The translations under genes and the position numbers were made by a program. A stretch of DNA of 56,291 nucleotides, filler included, from Bipalium vagum (lineage: Eukaryota): NCBI GenBank assembly GCA_037834085.1. It is 3 parts of 3 records of this genome, joined end to end, with 100 filler letters (N's around TTAATTAATTAA, not from the genome) between each part and the next. Parts side by side here need not be neighbours in the genome. Positions count along the whole stretch, not along the records: positions 1 to 22,785 come from JBBMKC010216800.1; positions 22,886 to 39,137 come from JBBMKC010120279.1; 1 more part is not named here. The stretch is one strand, 5' to 3'. Under the pieces are notes generated by a model. That model saw only the letters and a program-made list of their open reading frames with translations, searched no databases and was not told the origin of the DNA. Position 1 is the stretch's first letter. Each line of letters starts with the position of its first letter. Of the stretch, positions 12,001 through 31,000 are shown one piece after another.

Positions 12001-12183
12001 GAACCGCTCCAGGTCCGGCAAATCGAGCTCACTCACATAATCATAAGGCTCGTTGAAGGAATTCTCGTTTCCGTAGTGCGGCACCCAATTGTGCGAGTCA
12101 ACAGTCAATGCATTGGACACCAAGAGAGAAAAGATGAGAAAATGCATCAAGCGAACTGAATGGAAATCTGTCAGTGAAAACAT
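9007..12183 (-). CDS. Integrin alpha subunit (no I-domain), single exon, 1058 aa
   Basis: N-terminal signal peptide; FG-GAP repeats (YFGSNV, NFGYSV, GFGTSM...IGAPY, YFGYAVARLGDIDFDGSEE, GFGISISRGFDINFNGMPD); furin-type site RPKR; TM helix IPLWPIIVAIIIGIILLTIIIIIAYYC; cytoplasmic GFFKR motif. The true start may be Met13 (MHFLIFSLL). Confidence 0.96.
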   Translation of the reverse strand: MFSLTDFHSVRLMHFLIFSLLVSNALTVDSHNWVPHYGNENSFNEPYDYVSELDLPDLERFGKNYDWVGISGTSSSFETVSYVAFSGTRKNLDKNHNSAYSKISGIIVLCSSKLNRNTGLGFTLDCKTLDERYLKRDQSKYFGSNVRGVMSKNDTAAFVYCDPLWVDTNFEINHPSGKCRLSLIKDSSSIRNFDFKMCDKYKKCLGGFSVDLISIDQNLDLIFGLPFDNSTILLKHAESFQINRGQVYKGDFFNFGYSVAFSEDGNHFIASPASDEHYPFIQSSDGDKILPTDTKTQIFGGFGTSMDTVNVGNDLYGVVIGAPYQSKQKLSNVGAVYLACKGHENDMVFGENEGDYFGYAVARLGDIDFDGSEEFVVSSPSLNFEKPGKIYIYKTNKDCKISKVPLQVHESKIMGFGISISRGFDINFNGMPDFFVTALGHQKPLLFKMPDQEKVTCTWTEPDKTTIFSAEETIEIKVTFHSHNRIDFDNYFFQVAVDYLNKEEERFKLISSNLSGNNYVIKLQTLMDVQDMDLRLTPLRTAIRGIRSCKHNQTSCYRSTVPKIDWLNCDRIVKLTQSLCSKPNCLSDLNLTVKPDPKGSIIYYGQQKDYQRQIEIIINNKGPESSPRTYLSINSKPDLLITNVNCFAFNCKKELTTTGQKAKIIVKERLETREGSRDDLKIVVDILYTRLENATSETGINFNIWGINDDNSSIDNHKALNYDIVFRPNLTLSSKKMKEVNIDSRLKPPYLEPFKRIEVTELGTELKYSYIIENKGPDLKNVEFKFYFPHRTQTNNYILYVMDKIRLSNDGTFQNALPSISNKTHVVEQCTISPEVVNPLNLNGVENVPIVVSRPKRSILNETVLENVTPQVEGIGSENGKLTANPFISTYRKTKIECNQPSKAFGIPVCGEVTCKLDSVPANSEFVFNFRSWLFTKTFFDAAVPHLTVAATLESNLGNSIKGVPVKVSGGKIVGPIAVQQNVLFNKMKIIEKRPIPLWPIIVAIIIGIILLTIIIIIAYYCGFFKRKRLMKERRQKNREKAQNARDLHEEEPLKVKS

Positions 12184-15100
12184 TATATAAGCAACTTTTA
12201 TTTATTTGTGCTAATCGCTACGCGTTGACTCATCCGTCGGTGGTGCCGTTACGTAACGGGGTTGTTTGTCATTACGTGAAGAAGGACTATCACAGATAAA
12301 CAAGAGTCACTTTCGTAATCTTTCGTATAAAACGGCCGGGTTTGGTGGAATTTCTGTCGGACATTATTCCCTCGCCCGTTTCCCGAGAACTTTCGGCTGT
12401 ACATTTTTACTGTGTAGTTCACTTTCCCATTGGAATTTCTGCTTTTAACTATAGACTGAAATGACCGTGAATATGTCAAACCGATTCGACTTGACCAACG
12501 TGACCATGGTGCATCCTGTGTTTATGAAAAGTAACAATATGTTAACATAGAGACAAAGTTAATTTTTCAGATGTATACCCTTTTCGAGTCCATTTTGCTA
12601 AAACATTACGTTTCAAGCTTTCGGCAACTTACAATTTTGTTTGTTTTTATCGATTTTTCTTTAGTTTTCTTTGAGAACATTTTTATCTTACGTGTTATTC
12701 CTCATCGGAACTAAGAATGACAACGTTATTTTCTTTATGAAAACAAATTTTAATTAAAGTAAAAGTGAAACAAAGTAATCAATCAATAAAGACTGAAATT
12801 GTGACAATCCCTCAGTTAAGTGGCATCAAATATTTTAACGAATCAAACTTCTTCGAACAGACTTTTTTTTTACCATGCATAATTTTTTAATTAATTTTAG
12901 TTTCAGCTTAGGCAACCGTGTCGCGCGCTAGACCAAATGCTCAAACGTGATCGAGGATTCCAATCACTATGACAAATAAGGTCGTTGTGGAGGGTATTTT
13001 GATATTGGAAAAATTATGTTTTACAAAGCTGACAAGAATATCATTGGGCATTATCAAATTGGTAGCTAAGACTATTGTCAATGCTTAAAAATTAATTAAA
13101 ATAAAGGAATACACCAAGAGTTGGTTCTTTTAAAAGTACCCTTTTTTGAAGGAAAAAATCAATAAAAAACCGTTCTTGGCTTGAAGACAGAATGGAACTT
13201 GTAATATTTAGCCAATTGTCTGTTCTATTTAACGTTTAACGTTGAAAAGAAACGGGTTCGGGTTTTTTTTTATTTAACTGTCACATTCTTTGACAATCAC
13301 TACAAATACTTTCCAATACCAGGTAATTGAAAGCTATCTGGCTGAGGTCTCTGATCCAAAGACCAGCAATGATATTTTGGCAACAAGCCCTTATACCAGC
13401 AACTTATTTTTAACTGTTAATTTATCACTGTTTATTTATCACTCTTAATTAATTATTAATATAAAATTATTATCTTTATTTTTTTATTATTATTTATTAT
13501 TAGAAATTTGTTTGAGATTATTACTAATATTATTATTACACCTCAGAGTTTGGAAGCCAACTTTAGAAAAATGAGTATAAAACTAAAATTTATTAAAATG
13601 ACTAAACAAAAATATATTTTTAATAGATCAATAAAATGTGTCAAATCATTATAAATCATTAAAGGTGAAACGTTTTTGTCAATCTTCTGTAAGATACGCG
13701 ATTTGACTTGATTGATTTTGCTTTTTCTTTGGTATAGGTATTGGTGTAGGATTGGGAATGCATTTGGCTACAGGTTAGAGGGTCTCCACATTGAAAAATT
13801 GTAAGAATTATAAAAATAATATAAACGTGAGAGTTAAATACAATTTCAACCATAGAACCTCCATAACTTAAAAAAGAATTAAACGGGAATCTCTAAAGTT
13901 AAAAACAATTCAATAAGAGAACTTGAATGAAGTAATCACGATCAAAATGTTTCAAATAGTCCCGAGATTTGAACTGATTCCTTCCTAACCATCGTTTTTT
14001 CATCTCAAACCGATTTGAAAGAGCATTCTTAAGCAAGCAAACAATGACGTAATAGAATACATATTTCATTTGCCCATCAAAACTTCTTTTACATCAAAAA
14101 TAATAATAATAATCCTGAGAAGAATTAAGTAAATGAACCACACGGAAGGTCAAGAGAAATAATATTACTATTAATTATTAAAAGAATATTAATAGTAAAA
14201 TTAAATAAATAAACGTTTTTTTATTTCCTTGGGACAGGTTGAATTCCCTAAGTGTTGTTTATGTTTTGAAGTATACTGCTCAGAGAAATTCTGTATGACT
14301 TTTAGGAATATTATACGCCACTGTTTGGATAACTGACATTATGTGGTTATATATTAAAAGCTGACAAGAAGTGGAGAGTTACCACAACAAAGATTGTATT
14401 GCAAAGTTTTTAAGCTTTGGTATTCACCAAAAGAATTTATTATTTGCGGATTTCGAGATTTTGAACCAGAATACAGTTTTCTAAAAGATTCTACGATCTT
14501 TATTTAAAGGAGAAAAGTTAACCAGACAATTTCTACGATTTATGTTTCCATTTCAAAGAATTCTGTTGAATTTTTGCAATGATTTGGACTGTCAATCAAT
14601 CCTGTGGAGTTCGGTCTTCTTTAGATGCTGGTTGAAATAATTTGTCTGATAATGGTTCGTTCATTAAATCTTTTTTATGTTTCATTAATTTTATCTTAGC
14701 GGTATTCATTGACATATTCTTATTAAAAATGATTCCATTATTGATTTTCGTTGATATAATTATTTGACATTCGATTATTAATTTATTTTTATAAGCGTTG
14801 GCAGTGGGTGCATGTAACTTGATCTATTTGACATTGGACAATTGTATTATTTTTGTGTTAATAAAGTTTTATTGTCGAACTGATTATTTTTCTTTCATTA
14901 ACACCAGCCATTATTGTTGGGAAAGATATCGACTAACAGTTTGAATTCCTACTACTCGTTAACACTATTAAGTAAAATAATAAAAAAAATAGAAAATAAT
15001 ATTGCCAGGAATTTCCAATGGTCCACATAATCATAATCAAGTAACGATTGACATTACTAACAATAAACAAATGATTGTAATTGTATATACTGATACCGAA

Positions 15101-15677
15101 ATATGTTACAAAGCAGATCTTTACAATGAGTGAAACGAAAAAATGGTCTCAAAATTTTCTAAATTACCTGATTACCATGACAGAAAATATATCACTTAAA
15201 AATACAGTGGTCTATTGCCTTCCAGACCAATTAAAATAAAAGTAAATGTTATGCACAAAACCATTCGGTTCATTTCTGAAAGGAATAACAGACCTTCAAT
15301 TATTTGATAAATGCCACAAAATAATGTCAAGGAAGATAATCCTTATCACCACCTCCCTGCTAATTAATACATAACGAAATCCCCTGATATTTAGAATGAG
15401 GCTTGAACATTTTGTCTAAGCCAATCCCACTGCCCTACAAAGCATCGAGTTACGCTTTCAAAATATTTGGACACACATTAATTACACTTACCCACCTATC
15501 TTAGCATCGTTTGGTGAAAGGTATTGTCAGTATTTTTATGTTATTCTCATTGAAAATATTAAAGTAAAAACTCTGAACATATGTGCACAATTTTTTTGTC
15601 TACTTTAATACAGTTCCGAATAATTCGGAATTGACGAAATGCTTATTTAAAAAAGTAAAAATCAATTCTTTGAAGTA

Positions 15678-15765
15678 CAGTGAAACCTCGTTAATTCGAA
15701 CTCGATTTATTCAAATTTTCTTACTTCGAAAACAGTTGTATCACTCAACAGAAATTTATATATAA
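15678..15765 (+). mobile_element. pogo/Tigger-like DNA transposon end
   Basis: TA followed by CAGTGAAACCTCGTTAATTCGAAC, with subterminal TTCGAA-like repeats. It is interrupted by repeat copy B and no partner TIR was seen. Confidence 0.45.
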
Positions 15766-15830
15766 TGTTTGGTTATCCAAGGGATCATCCTTTAACCCTT
15801 TAAATCACACTAAAGGGTCTTCAATTATAA
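15766..15830 (+). repeat. Dispersed LTR-like repeat, copy B (5' end only)
   Basis: TGTTTGGTTATCCAAGGGATCATCCTTTAACC matches the termini of copies A (1173, minus) and C (about 38030). Confidence 0.45.
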
Positions 15831-16854
15831 TACTAAACATAATAATTATAATCTTGACAACGGTGAATGTCAGTATGCTAAGATTAGATCAGGGTCTACC
15901 GATTTATGATTAATTATGAAGAAACATTGTTCGGAAGATCCAATTTGGTGAACATTTATTGTACTTTCAAAAATTTTGGGTTGCGTCATTTTGATCAATA
16001 AGTTTATGCACGACACATTGATTCATTAGAAGTTTGGATGTTTTCCCAGACATATCACTTGATATAAACAAAAAAACATTATTTTTCTGTCCTTTTAAAC
16101 TACACCAATGTGACCAAATCATTTGACACTCGTATATTAAGTTGTAAAGCTACAACACAATGGTCACAGATGTTTGTGTAAATAAAGAATTCTTTTCAAA
16201 TGAACACAAAAGGGCCAAAGACCAAAACGACAATGAAGCTGTAAGTGAAGAGGATATATTATTATTATCATTATGATTCCGAGATAAAATGTTGTAAAAC
16301 TGTACAGGTTCCGTATAGATATATACACCGAAAAGTAAAAGACCCACTTGAAACAAGATACATGTCAAATAATAGAAATGAATATTACTGGAGACAGACA
16401 AAATCAACAACATACGATCAATAAACAGACACGGTACCATCCACAATGACGCGCATACTCTAAAGGGGAGGGACTCGCAATCAACAGACAAATTTATCGA
16501 TGTCCTTTTATACACGTGCACACACACATAATATATATCGGAGAGATCACAAAATGACAAATCTGAGAAGAAAGGAATTGAAAAAACAAGAGAAAGATCG
16601 ATAGAATTTTACAGAGATATACATGGACATTTTCTTACGCACGCACAATAATCCTCACACAAGAAAAATGCTAATATTAAAACACAAAAGACAATCGATT
16701 TTTACTATAGAACATAACACAGTAATCGATCAAACTATCTAAAATCAATTGATCAACAGATAGATTTGATGGGATGCACGTGTTTGATTTGATTGAATGC
16801 TTTTTTAAAAAATCAATTTCATTGGTCGAAATTGTTTGAATCGATTTGATTGGA

Positions 16855-22443
<5,589 letters not shown>

Positions 22444-22785
22444 CTAAATGGTGCAAATTGAAAAGAGTCAATTGTTATCAAACAAATTTATCAAACTTTA
22501 CATATGATAATAATAATCAACAAGAAATAGATTGTTTATTATTTATTTCGTTATAAGGGATTCTTTAATGATTATATAGTCAACGTCAAATTAATTGGAC
22601 ACTTTATAATTTGACGTTTTTAATATTAAAATGACCAACCACGTTAAAAATAATTGGTAAATTGAAATCGTATGTTTTCATTGTACTGTACTAAAACATT
22701 TAATACTAAAATAAAATAATCATATATGTGATATTATCTTGTATGTAATAATTACATAAAATATTGTTTAAAATTTTTGGTCAAA

Positions 22786-22885
22786 NNNNNNNNNNNNNNN
22801 NNNNNNNNNNNNNNNNNNNNNNNNNNNNNTTAATTAATTAANNNNNNNNNNNNNNNNNNNNNNNNNNNNNNNNNNNNNNNNNNNN
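22786..22885. other. Artificial scaffold spacer (44 N + TTAATTAATTAA + 44 N)
   Basis: Exactly 100 nt. The central 12-mer puts stops in all six frames. It is identical to the spacer at 39138-39237. Confidence 0.97.
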
Positions 22886-23219
22886 TTTTATATTTGTAAT
22901 TTTTAGTATTCTTATTTTTAATACTTTTATAGCAAGTTTTGACTATTTTTGTACATTTTTCTAAATATTAAAAACATTAAAATAATTTTTGCAACTTCTG
23001 GGTTGCCCTATTTATTAGTTACTTTAAATTACAAAGTTCATAGAATCGTCTTTTTGTGAAATGAACTTAATTTTGTTTTCTCAAATTATTCAAATTTAAT
23101 TCATGAATGTTGTAGGAAAAGAGATGATGAATTTGTGTTATATAATGATGACGGTGTGTTATATAAGTAACCAAACTTGATTTAAATCATATACTAAATG
23201 TATCATTTGTTTAATGGTT

Positions 23220-23640
23220 AATGGGGAATATTATTTAAATGTTTTACATCGTTTGTGGTCAAGAATTGTTTGAGTTAGGCCGGAATAGCAAGAAGAAAAG
23301 CAGTTTTTATTGCACGATAATACCCCGTCCCACATGACTATAAAAGTTTGAATTTTTGACCAAACAAATTTGTGTGGACATCCACCATATTCGCCTAATC
23401 TATCACCATGCGACTATTTTCTATTCTCAAAACTTAAATTGGGATTGAAAGGTGTATTTTATGATGTTCAAGAAATTCAAGAAGCCATGACACGAGTGTT
23501 CAAGAACATTCCTTCAAATGAATTTGAAAAATCTATGCACTCAAAAGCCGTGTCAGATGCTGTATCGAAATATTATTTTGAATAATTATAATTTTTCATG
23601 GATAATATGTGTATTTTACTGTATTTATATAACAAACTGT
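23220..23640 (+). mobile_element. Mariner transposase 3' remnant
   Basis: FLLHDNTPSH...HPPYSPNLSPCDYFLFSKLKLGLKG...YFE*. Confidence 0.8.
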
Positions 23641-25079
23641 ATTTTGTCTACCTAAACATCCTTTTGCACTTTTTTGAAAATTGATTTACAAATCAAGCAT
23701 TCTTAGTATTTGTACAATACAATGTCTGTGCTTTCTGACTTGTATTTAATTTTCTTTTTGATTTGAAAATCAAAAAAATTTTTATAATGGTGCAATATTT
23801 ATCAATTTATGTCAGATATTTTACTGTAAGCAACTTTATTTTATAATATCCATATTTACCATATATCACTTAATTGGTTTAAGTGTAATCATTGTCCGAC
23901 TTCTTATCGACTCTATTAATTAAACTCATTTCAAACTTTACAAAGTAATTGATTTTCATTATTTTTAATTTTTAATTTCCCTATCTATACCATATATATA
24001 CTTTTACCGATTATACTTTTTAATTGTGATTAACATTATTTCTTGACCTTGTTTATCTTGTTTACTCGAAAAAAAATCTACTTTTGTTGGAATAAATATT
24101 GCCAAACTGTGATTTTAAATCATAAAAAAAATTGTTTTCAAATTTCCCAGTCTTACTATTAAAAGGTCATTATTGATTTTTTCATGGTACTAAAATAGTG
24201 TGCTACACTAGAGCTTGTGATCTGATTTTCGTATATTTATTTATTTAAGAAACAAAAATGAAATAACTTAATGAGAATTTTATTACCCTTTTTCATGAAT
24301 AGTTACCAAACCCTTAGTTCTATATGGTAAAGATGAGGTTTTAATATATTTAACAATATCTTTTGATTATATAAATAGCCTACTTGAAGCTTTGGATTTT
24401 CCTCTAATCCCAGGGATTAAAAATATAATTTTATTGATTGATCTGTTTCTTGAAAATGTTTATTTCTTTTAGAATTTTTCTTTAAAATTAAGCATTAATT
24501 TTTTGGTATCATTTTGCAAATTTAAATCCTATAAATAAAATATAAGAAGTCAATTTAATTCATTCAAGATTTAATTAATATAATGACAAAATCGGAAAAT
24601 AAATTATATTAATAAAGTGAAACAGTTACATGTTAACTTTAAAATTTTTGAATATCACTTTAGTATTATATAATATTAATAATTGAATGTAAACCTATGA
24701 AAGACATGATGTTTTCTCAGACATCTGCTACTTCTTAATTAAAACTAAGTTTGATTCTTAACAAGAGAATGTATTTTATTGTTATAATTATTAAATCATT
24801 CCTTATTCATCATCATTATGTCTTCCTTGGACAGCTTAATATAGTTAAGATTTCTGAATTATTTAGTTTTAATATTCATTACTAAAATTGTAAAATCTTT
24901 ATGCAAAATAAAATTACTTCCTTTAAAATAATATTTATTCCGATATTTCTAAAATTTAATTTTTTATTTTATCATTACCTGAGTAGAAATCATGAAATAT
25001 TAAGTGTAAGTAGATTTTTAATGTAATTATTATACACTGTAAAATTATTTTTTACTGTTATCAATTTGATTTTTTTCAG

Positions 25080-28000
25080 GATGGTTGCTTGACGAACAAA
25101 ATTGGAATGAAATGTTATATTAATGCTTGTTGCAAAAATGCCGCGGTTTTTGGAGGATTCGAACTATTTGAATCTTATTACTCTCCACTCATAAATGCTG
25201 TTTGGTTTAGGCCGGGTTCCGGTGAAGTATTGGTCTCTGTAATCACTGATGGGCCAACAAGGGTCTTAAGACTAATAGATAAATCTGACGATGTTAATCA
25301 GATAAATTTATCAACGGAATCTAATCAGACCGACTCCTCGAAAACAATAACTCCGTCAATAGAAATGATGTTTAACTTAAAAGGATTTGGTATATTTTTA
25401 ATCAATCATTTACCAGAGGAACTGTTGTACGCTGTATGTAACGAAATTCATATTCAGTGGACCAGAAAAACAGAAAAAGATAATGTTCAGGTCAAAATTG
25501 GTGAAATACAAATTGACAATCAACTAATGGATGCAGGGTTTCCTTGTGTGATGTATGAAGAAAACAAGATAGACCAGAAAACTTCCATAAAATATGCCTT
25601 TTGTTTGTCATTTGAAAAGGATATTGGCCATGCCTATGATGTTTTGGTATTCAGTTATATCAAGGTAATAATACACTATTCCGACAATCAACGTAAAAAA
25701 CGATAAAATTTTATCGTTTAGATGCATATGGTATCGATGTGTGTGATTTTGGAAGAAAAAATGTTGCTGAAGACAATGCAAATGTTCTGGAATCCACCAA
25801 AGGAATCAGAATTGTTAGAAGAAGACTTTAGCAGTTTGCAGCACCAGCCACTTGTCCATGGAGGACGCAAGTTTTACATTGGGAATTTGAAATTCAACAC
25901 TGGCATCATCAGTCTGTCTGTTATTACAGCCGAGTCTCTTTCTTCGGATTTAAAAAAAATGAAAAAGCTCTTCCCTTCTTTAATGAGCTTTACCAACGCA
26001 CAAATCGTTATATGTGAGTAATAAATTTTCATGTTGATTCATGTCATTATGAATGGTGTGGAGTTTGCTTGCTTTATGCGTGTCATTTAGAACTCTAATA
26101 AAGCCACACTCAAAAACATTATAAACTCATTGATTATGTTTAAACGTATTTTTTAAAAAAATTTCTTCTACTTGTATGGTTATACAAACGGTATTTAAAT
26201 CCAATAGTTTACTCAATTTCCGTTAGATTTTTATAAGATCAAAAGTAACGTTTTGGCTGGAAAGATATTTAAAAACCGACTAGAGATCGAAATTTGGGTG
26301 TCCAACATTTTTGAGTCGTGACAGGTCAATTTATTCTTTGCGTGAACTGATTTTTGTGGAGATTAAATTTTGGATTAAAATATCTTGTTTTTATAATAAA
26401 TAATCTTTTTTGAAAAAAACCACATTTCTAATCCGATAACCTGACATTTCGAATTTTTCAACAAATAGCAACATTAAATTGAATGGGTTGCGTTACTTTC
26501 AAAAATATGAAAAGAATAGAAATAACTTTATTATTACTGTGCAGACAAGAGATTCATAAAAAATTAAAGAAAAGAAACGTGAATTATAATTCCATCATTT
26601 TTAAGATTTAATGATTCTAAGTGCTTGTTTTAACTGAAACAGAAACGTGATTCTTTAAGAATTTAGACAAAAATAAGAACTGTCTGCTTTTATTTTTAAT
26701 AGTGAAATTGTATTCAATTACTTATGAAAAATAAATATTATGAAATAAAAAAATTATAAATATTAAGCAGCTACTTTTTAAAAATATTTTTAGATTAATA
26801 ATCTGTATTCTGTTATCTGTAAACTTTTGCTTCATATCTTTACTCTTATGTCCTATTTAGAAGCTATTTTCTGTTTACAAATGTACTGATACTCTAAAGT
26901 TACCCGTTTGCTATCAATTTTATTTTCATTTTTGGAATATTTAAAAATTGGTGAAAAATATTCAAATGTTATATCTCTAATAGAAATTTTACTTCATGAT
27001 AATGTTGAATTTTCAACACTTTGTATAAAACAATTTTTTCTCTAATACTTGTTTCAGATTTGTGAAAAGGTAATTTTGTATCGATTTCTTTAAGAATTCG
27101 AAAATTTTTTTTCTTAATTATTAAAAAATATTTCAATTTCTTTTTAGGAAATTTCAATGTAAATCGAAATTAAACAGTCAATTATTTTTAACATCATAAT
27201 AATAATAATAATAAAAACTTTTATTTACAGCTTTTTATTTTATTCTTATAAATATTGAACAGAAATAATTATTTAATTAAATTTTCATTAAATTAGAAAA
27301 ATGAGAGAAATTGAAGATTTTCTAAAATTCATGCCACTTAGATAATAAACGAAAATATTTATTTCTTATATAAATATTGATATTTACTCATGATAATAAT
27401 AAAATATGATCTAAATTTTTAATAATAATATTTAAATTTATTATTTAACTATTTTTTCCTATTCCTACTACTTAAATTATATTTTTCGGATTTTTATTTT
27501 CGAGCATAATTCATTTATCATAATGATAATAATCTTATGTTTAAATCATATTTTTTTAAATGCTAAAATACTTTGTATTATGTTCAAAAATCATGATTTT
27601 TATGAATTTCTTTTGAATTGTGTATTTTTATAATTTAATTTCCTTTTTTCAATCAACTTTTTTTAATTTCTCAAGGGTTTTTTTTTGTACTCAATATTTA
27701 TAATTTTATCGATTTTTTGAAAAATAAATGTACAATTAATCTTTGTGATTTTAAGGTTTTTATTATCTCATATTCATACTTAGCTGATCTTTATAATAAA
27801 ATCTTTGACTTATCAATCAAATTTTTATTTATTGTCTTATTAATATTCTTCATCATAATTTCATTGTTCGTTTCTTTTTGCAATCAACTTTCTTATTCCT
27901 TTGAATCTTTAATTTATTTTAAAGTTTAATTAATATTTCACTTTTATTTCAGATCCTTACAGCAGACATCACGTTTTTGAAACATCTGACCTCATTTTAG

Positions 28001-31000
28001 AAAATATTATCGATCATTATCGTAATCAATTAAAGAGTCAAGCAATGAAAATATTTGGATCAGTGGACTTCTTAGGTAATCCTATTGGATTCATTTCAGA
28101 TATCACCACGGGAATGAAGAGATTGTATTCTGATCAGGATGTTTATAATATGGTTAAACATTTTGCCCATGGAATTGGAGACAGCACAGCAAAAATATGT
28201 AGCTCTGCATCACGGGTCATTTCAGAAATTACAATGGATCCTGAATATGAAGAAAATAGGCAAAGGCTTTTTGAGGTTGCTCGAATTTCCGGAAGTAACA
28301 CTGCTCAAGTTGCAGCTGGCTTCAAAAGTTTAGGATACGGACTTTTAGGTGCCATAAAGTCGGTTCCTTCGCAATTAGATAAGGGATATAAAAACGAGGG
28401 TCCTTCGGTAAGATATTCTAATGTTAATAAAATGGCTTCAGTATAATTGCCAATATTTATTTTAGGGCTTATTTCTTGGAGCTCTCAAAGGAATTGTTGG
28501 AGTGGTAACGAAACCTGTGGGTGGAATGTTAGATTTAGCTACGGGTTCTGCCACTAGTTTCAGAGAAATCGCTCGGTCTTCCAAGGAAGGTCAACCTCCA
28601 AGGCGATTTGAACCAAGATGTTTGTCTTCTAGCTGGAAGCTGTTACCTTTTCATACAGCATATAGCAACAATCTTGTGCGAACTCCTCTGTCCAACTTAA
28701 CTCAAGCTCAGCAATTACTTGCAAAATTTTCCCATTCCTCCTCGTCCATAGAAACAGTATTCGGATTTCTTGTTATTCAGGTTAGAATCTCTTATTTCTT
28801 TTAATTTGAAATTTGTAAAAATTGTGAATTTTTTAATAAATTGTGTTCGATATACATATATTGGTTTTAATTCTGTTAATTCGATAATTTATTTTCTACC
28901 ATAAAAATTCTGAATATTCAAATAAATCTTAACTGTCAAAAGATGAGAATTCTAAATTATTATACATTTATATAAATTTAAATTCTATATTCTTAAAATT
29001 CTTAAATTTTATAAGAATTATAGGATCATGTTTTTTGACCGAAATGACTATCAAGTCTCTCTTTTGGCCGATCTCAATTTTTTCATGTTGATAATAAATA
29101 ATGAATATTAAATTAATAAACAACATAGTTATTGGTGTTCCATTCTATGCAATGATGTTTTTAAGAGAAAACAGCCTGTTATTACTGTCAAGTAATTTAT
29201 AATAATATTATTATTGATAATAATATTAATTATTTTAGATAAATGTGATGGTTGAGTCACGATATTCAAGGAATGTACATTTAAAAAAGTCTGATTGTGT
29301 ATCATGGCGCAACTACACGAAAAATTACATAAATTACAATAGATATTTTCCTATTAGAAGAAAATCCTTTTTTGAGAAAGTTAAAATACTTCTAAATAAA
29401 TGTGTCCATTAAAAAAATGAAAAAAAGCGATATTTTTTTATATCATTACATTATAAAAAGCAACACTTTATTTAATAACAGTTTTGCACCATCTTCTTTT
29501 TCATTATTTTAGATCTTCACTTAGTTAATTTCACTCTTTTTCATCATCGTTACATTCTTGTCTTCGTTTGTTTTTGACCAATCTTCGCCAGCGCAGAATA
29601 TAACACATAACATACACATCATTTACTTATAAAAAGATAACCAAGACAAAAAAAACTTATCTGAGTCTAGTATGGAGAATTCACAACTTCCTTAACACAT
29701 TAGTTACCCTATATCATAAGTCTTAAAATCATATTACAGAAACTTTAAGGTAAAAACAAAGACCTTATATATGAATTTTCAAAAATATTCAATCAAGAAA
29801 CTCCGAATTAAATAAATTTTTAAATATAAAATTATTTTCTTTTTTATTTTTTGCCATTTGTTTCGTCTCTTTACCGAGTCAGTCAAATCACTGATCCGAA
29901 TTATATTACAATATATAATATTTAAAATAAAGTTGAATAATTATAATTTTCTAAATTATTTAAATTATTATTTATAGTCATTATATTGCATAAAATTCCT
30001 ATGATAAAATTACATAGTATTTTTTATTGGTCGTATTGACTTTTAATATGTAATGATATATTTTTGATTTTCTAAATTTTTAATCAATAAAAAAAATCGT
30101 TAAAATAGTTATTATTTCTCTTACTTTTATTATAATTGTAAAATGACTCCTGTAGATCTTTGATTTTCTAAATTTTTAAAATGTGTATTTCCTATTTTCA
30201 ATTTTATTAGAGATAAACAGAATCACTGACTAACAATTTAAGTGATCTTTAGTGGAATCATATTTGATGAAAGTATTTCAAACACATTTATCCAAATGAC
30301 CTTCATTTTTGCTGATAAACGGTTTTATAATATAATGGAATTTGCTTCATTTTTCTTTTTCTTTTCCATCCATTATTTTGGTTTTGAATACATTTTTGTT
30401 CGCTTTGTATTGATGTTAGAGCAATGATTGCAATTTCATTGTTAAATTTTTAAAATAGCTTCTATTAATAAATAGTTCATATGAATTGATATCAAATCGA
30501 TTTCTTTAGTCTGTTTACCATAATTATCTTTTCATTACAATTACGATTTGGTAGAACGAATATTCGAAGAGGTACAATTACTGAAACTTATTATTTTTAT
30601 ATCACAAGATCAATAGGAAATTTCAAATAGAAAAATTAATTACTTTTATAGTATTTTTTCTTTAAAATTACAAAATAGGATGAAGATTTTGGCTTTCATT
30701 AAATAAAAATTATAAATTATTTTAATGTATGTTTGTTATAAAATTCTACAATTTGATAATCTTAATAAAATAATGTAGAGTATGATCTAAACGTGTTATA
30801 AAATTTTTAGACAAGTTCTTGATTTTGTAATTCTTAGACTTAATTTAAAAAAAAAATAAAATTCTTGTAAGCTAAGTTTATTCCATGATCATTTTTTATT
30901 TTTCTACTAATTATTAAATGATGACCATTAATAGTATAAGAGTGACATTTGTATTAAAATATCTAATTTAAATGTTAGAAATAGATAGGTATATTAATAT

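Noticed and set aside
9299-12159. Multiple antisense and alternate-frame ORFs over the integrin gene
   Set aside because: Shadow ORFs expected in a GC-elevated coding region; no motifs.
12181-12260. Integrin upstream sequence ending ...CTTATATAATG, reminiscent of flatworm spliced leaders that end in AUG (would support retroposition)
   Set aside because: The similarity is only a few AT-rich bases and the spacing does not fit a contiguous leader.
22830-22841. TTAATTAATTAA palindrome as a regulatory or homeodomain site
   Set aside because: Centred in N runs and repeated identically at 39182-39193; it is an assembly linker.
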